Shown here piece by piece: positions 63,830 to 64,000 of a stretch of DNA of 64,000 bases. A model generated the notes under the pieces. It had not been told where the DNA came from. It ran no database searches and saw only the letters and a program-made list of their open reading frames with translations. The position numbers were made by a program, and so were the translations under genes. Source of the DNA: Macrostomum lignano (Eukaryota); the NCBI GenBank assembly GCA_002269645.1, contig NIVC01000024.1, forward strand, positions 620,001 through 684,000, read 5' to 3'. How positions within the stretch are numbered: position 1 is the first letter of the stretch; every line of letters starts with the position of its first letter.

Positions 63830-64000
63830 TAAAACCACCCGCTGGGTGTTTACCCACTGGATGTTCACCCGCTGGATGTTTACCCACTGGATGTTCACCC
63901 GCCTGATGCTTCCCTGCCTGATGCTTCCCCACCTGATGATTCCCCACCTGATGCTTTCCTGCCTGATGCTTCCCCACCTGATGATTCCCCACCTGATGCT
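63830..64000. repeat. 15-bp minisatellite (cctgatgcttcccca), running off the window end
   Basis: Directly visible. Confidence 0.93.

Overview
Eukaryotic (animal) genomic DNA, not prokaryotic. GC-rich exons sit in AT-rich spacers, introns are spliceosomal GT-AG, and many introns are almost entirely filled by minisatellites. This style suggests a free-living flatworm such as Macrostomum, which is an inference only. Ten protein-coding genes are supported. On the + strand: an intronless bacterial-looking SAM methyltransferase, an intronless secreted C-type lectin/PAN protein, a multi-exon SLC5 sodium:solute symporter, and a secreted single-EGF protein. On the - strand, six consecutive genes: a secreted PAN + ALK/LTK-type glycine-rich-domain protein, TIMMDC1, a PB1-containing MEK5/MAP2K5-like kinase, an intronless FABP, glucose-6-phosphatase (G6PC3-like) and fucose mutarotase (FUOM). 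Mobile DNA includes two pieces of an RNase H-bearing LOA/R1-type LINE, a DD34D mariner remnant, two collapsed Gypsy elements, RTE/CR1-like RT fragments, two tRNA-derived SINE families and a hAT-like MITE with an 8-bp TSD. The most interesting observations are three. (1) The G6PC ORF has no genomic ATG; its conserved N-terminus begins exactly at a splice acceptor, in frame for an AUG donated by a flatworm spliced leader, downstream of FUOM in an operon-like layout. (2) The methyltransferase is a candidate horizontal transfer. (3) The ALK-ectodomain-like protein appears soluble and kinase-less. No CRISPR array, rRNA or bona fide tRNA was found.
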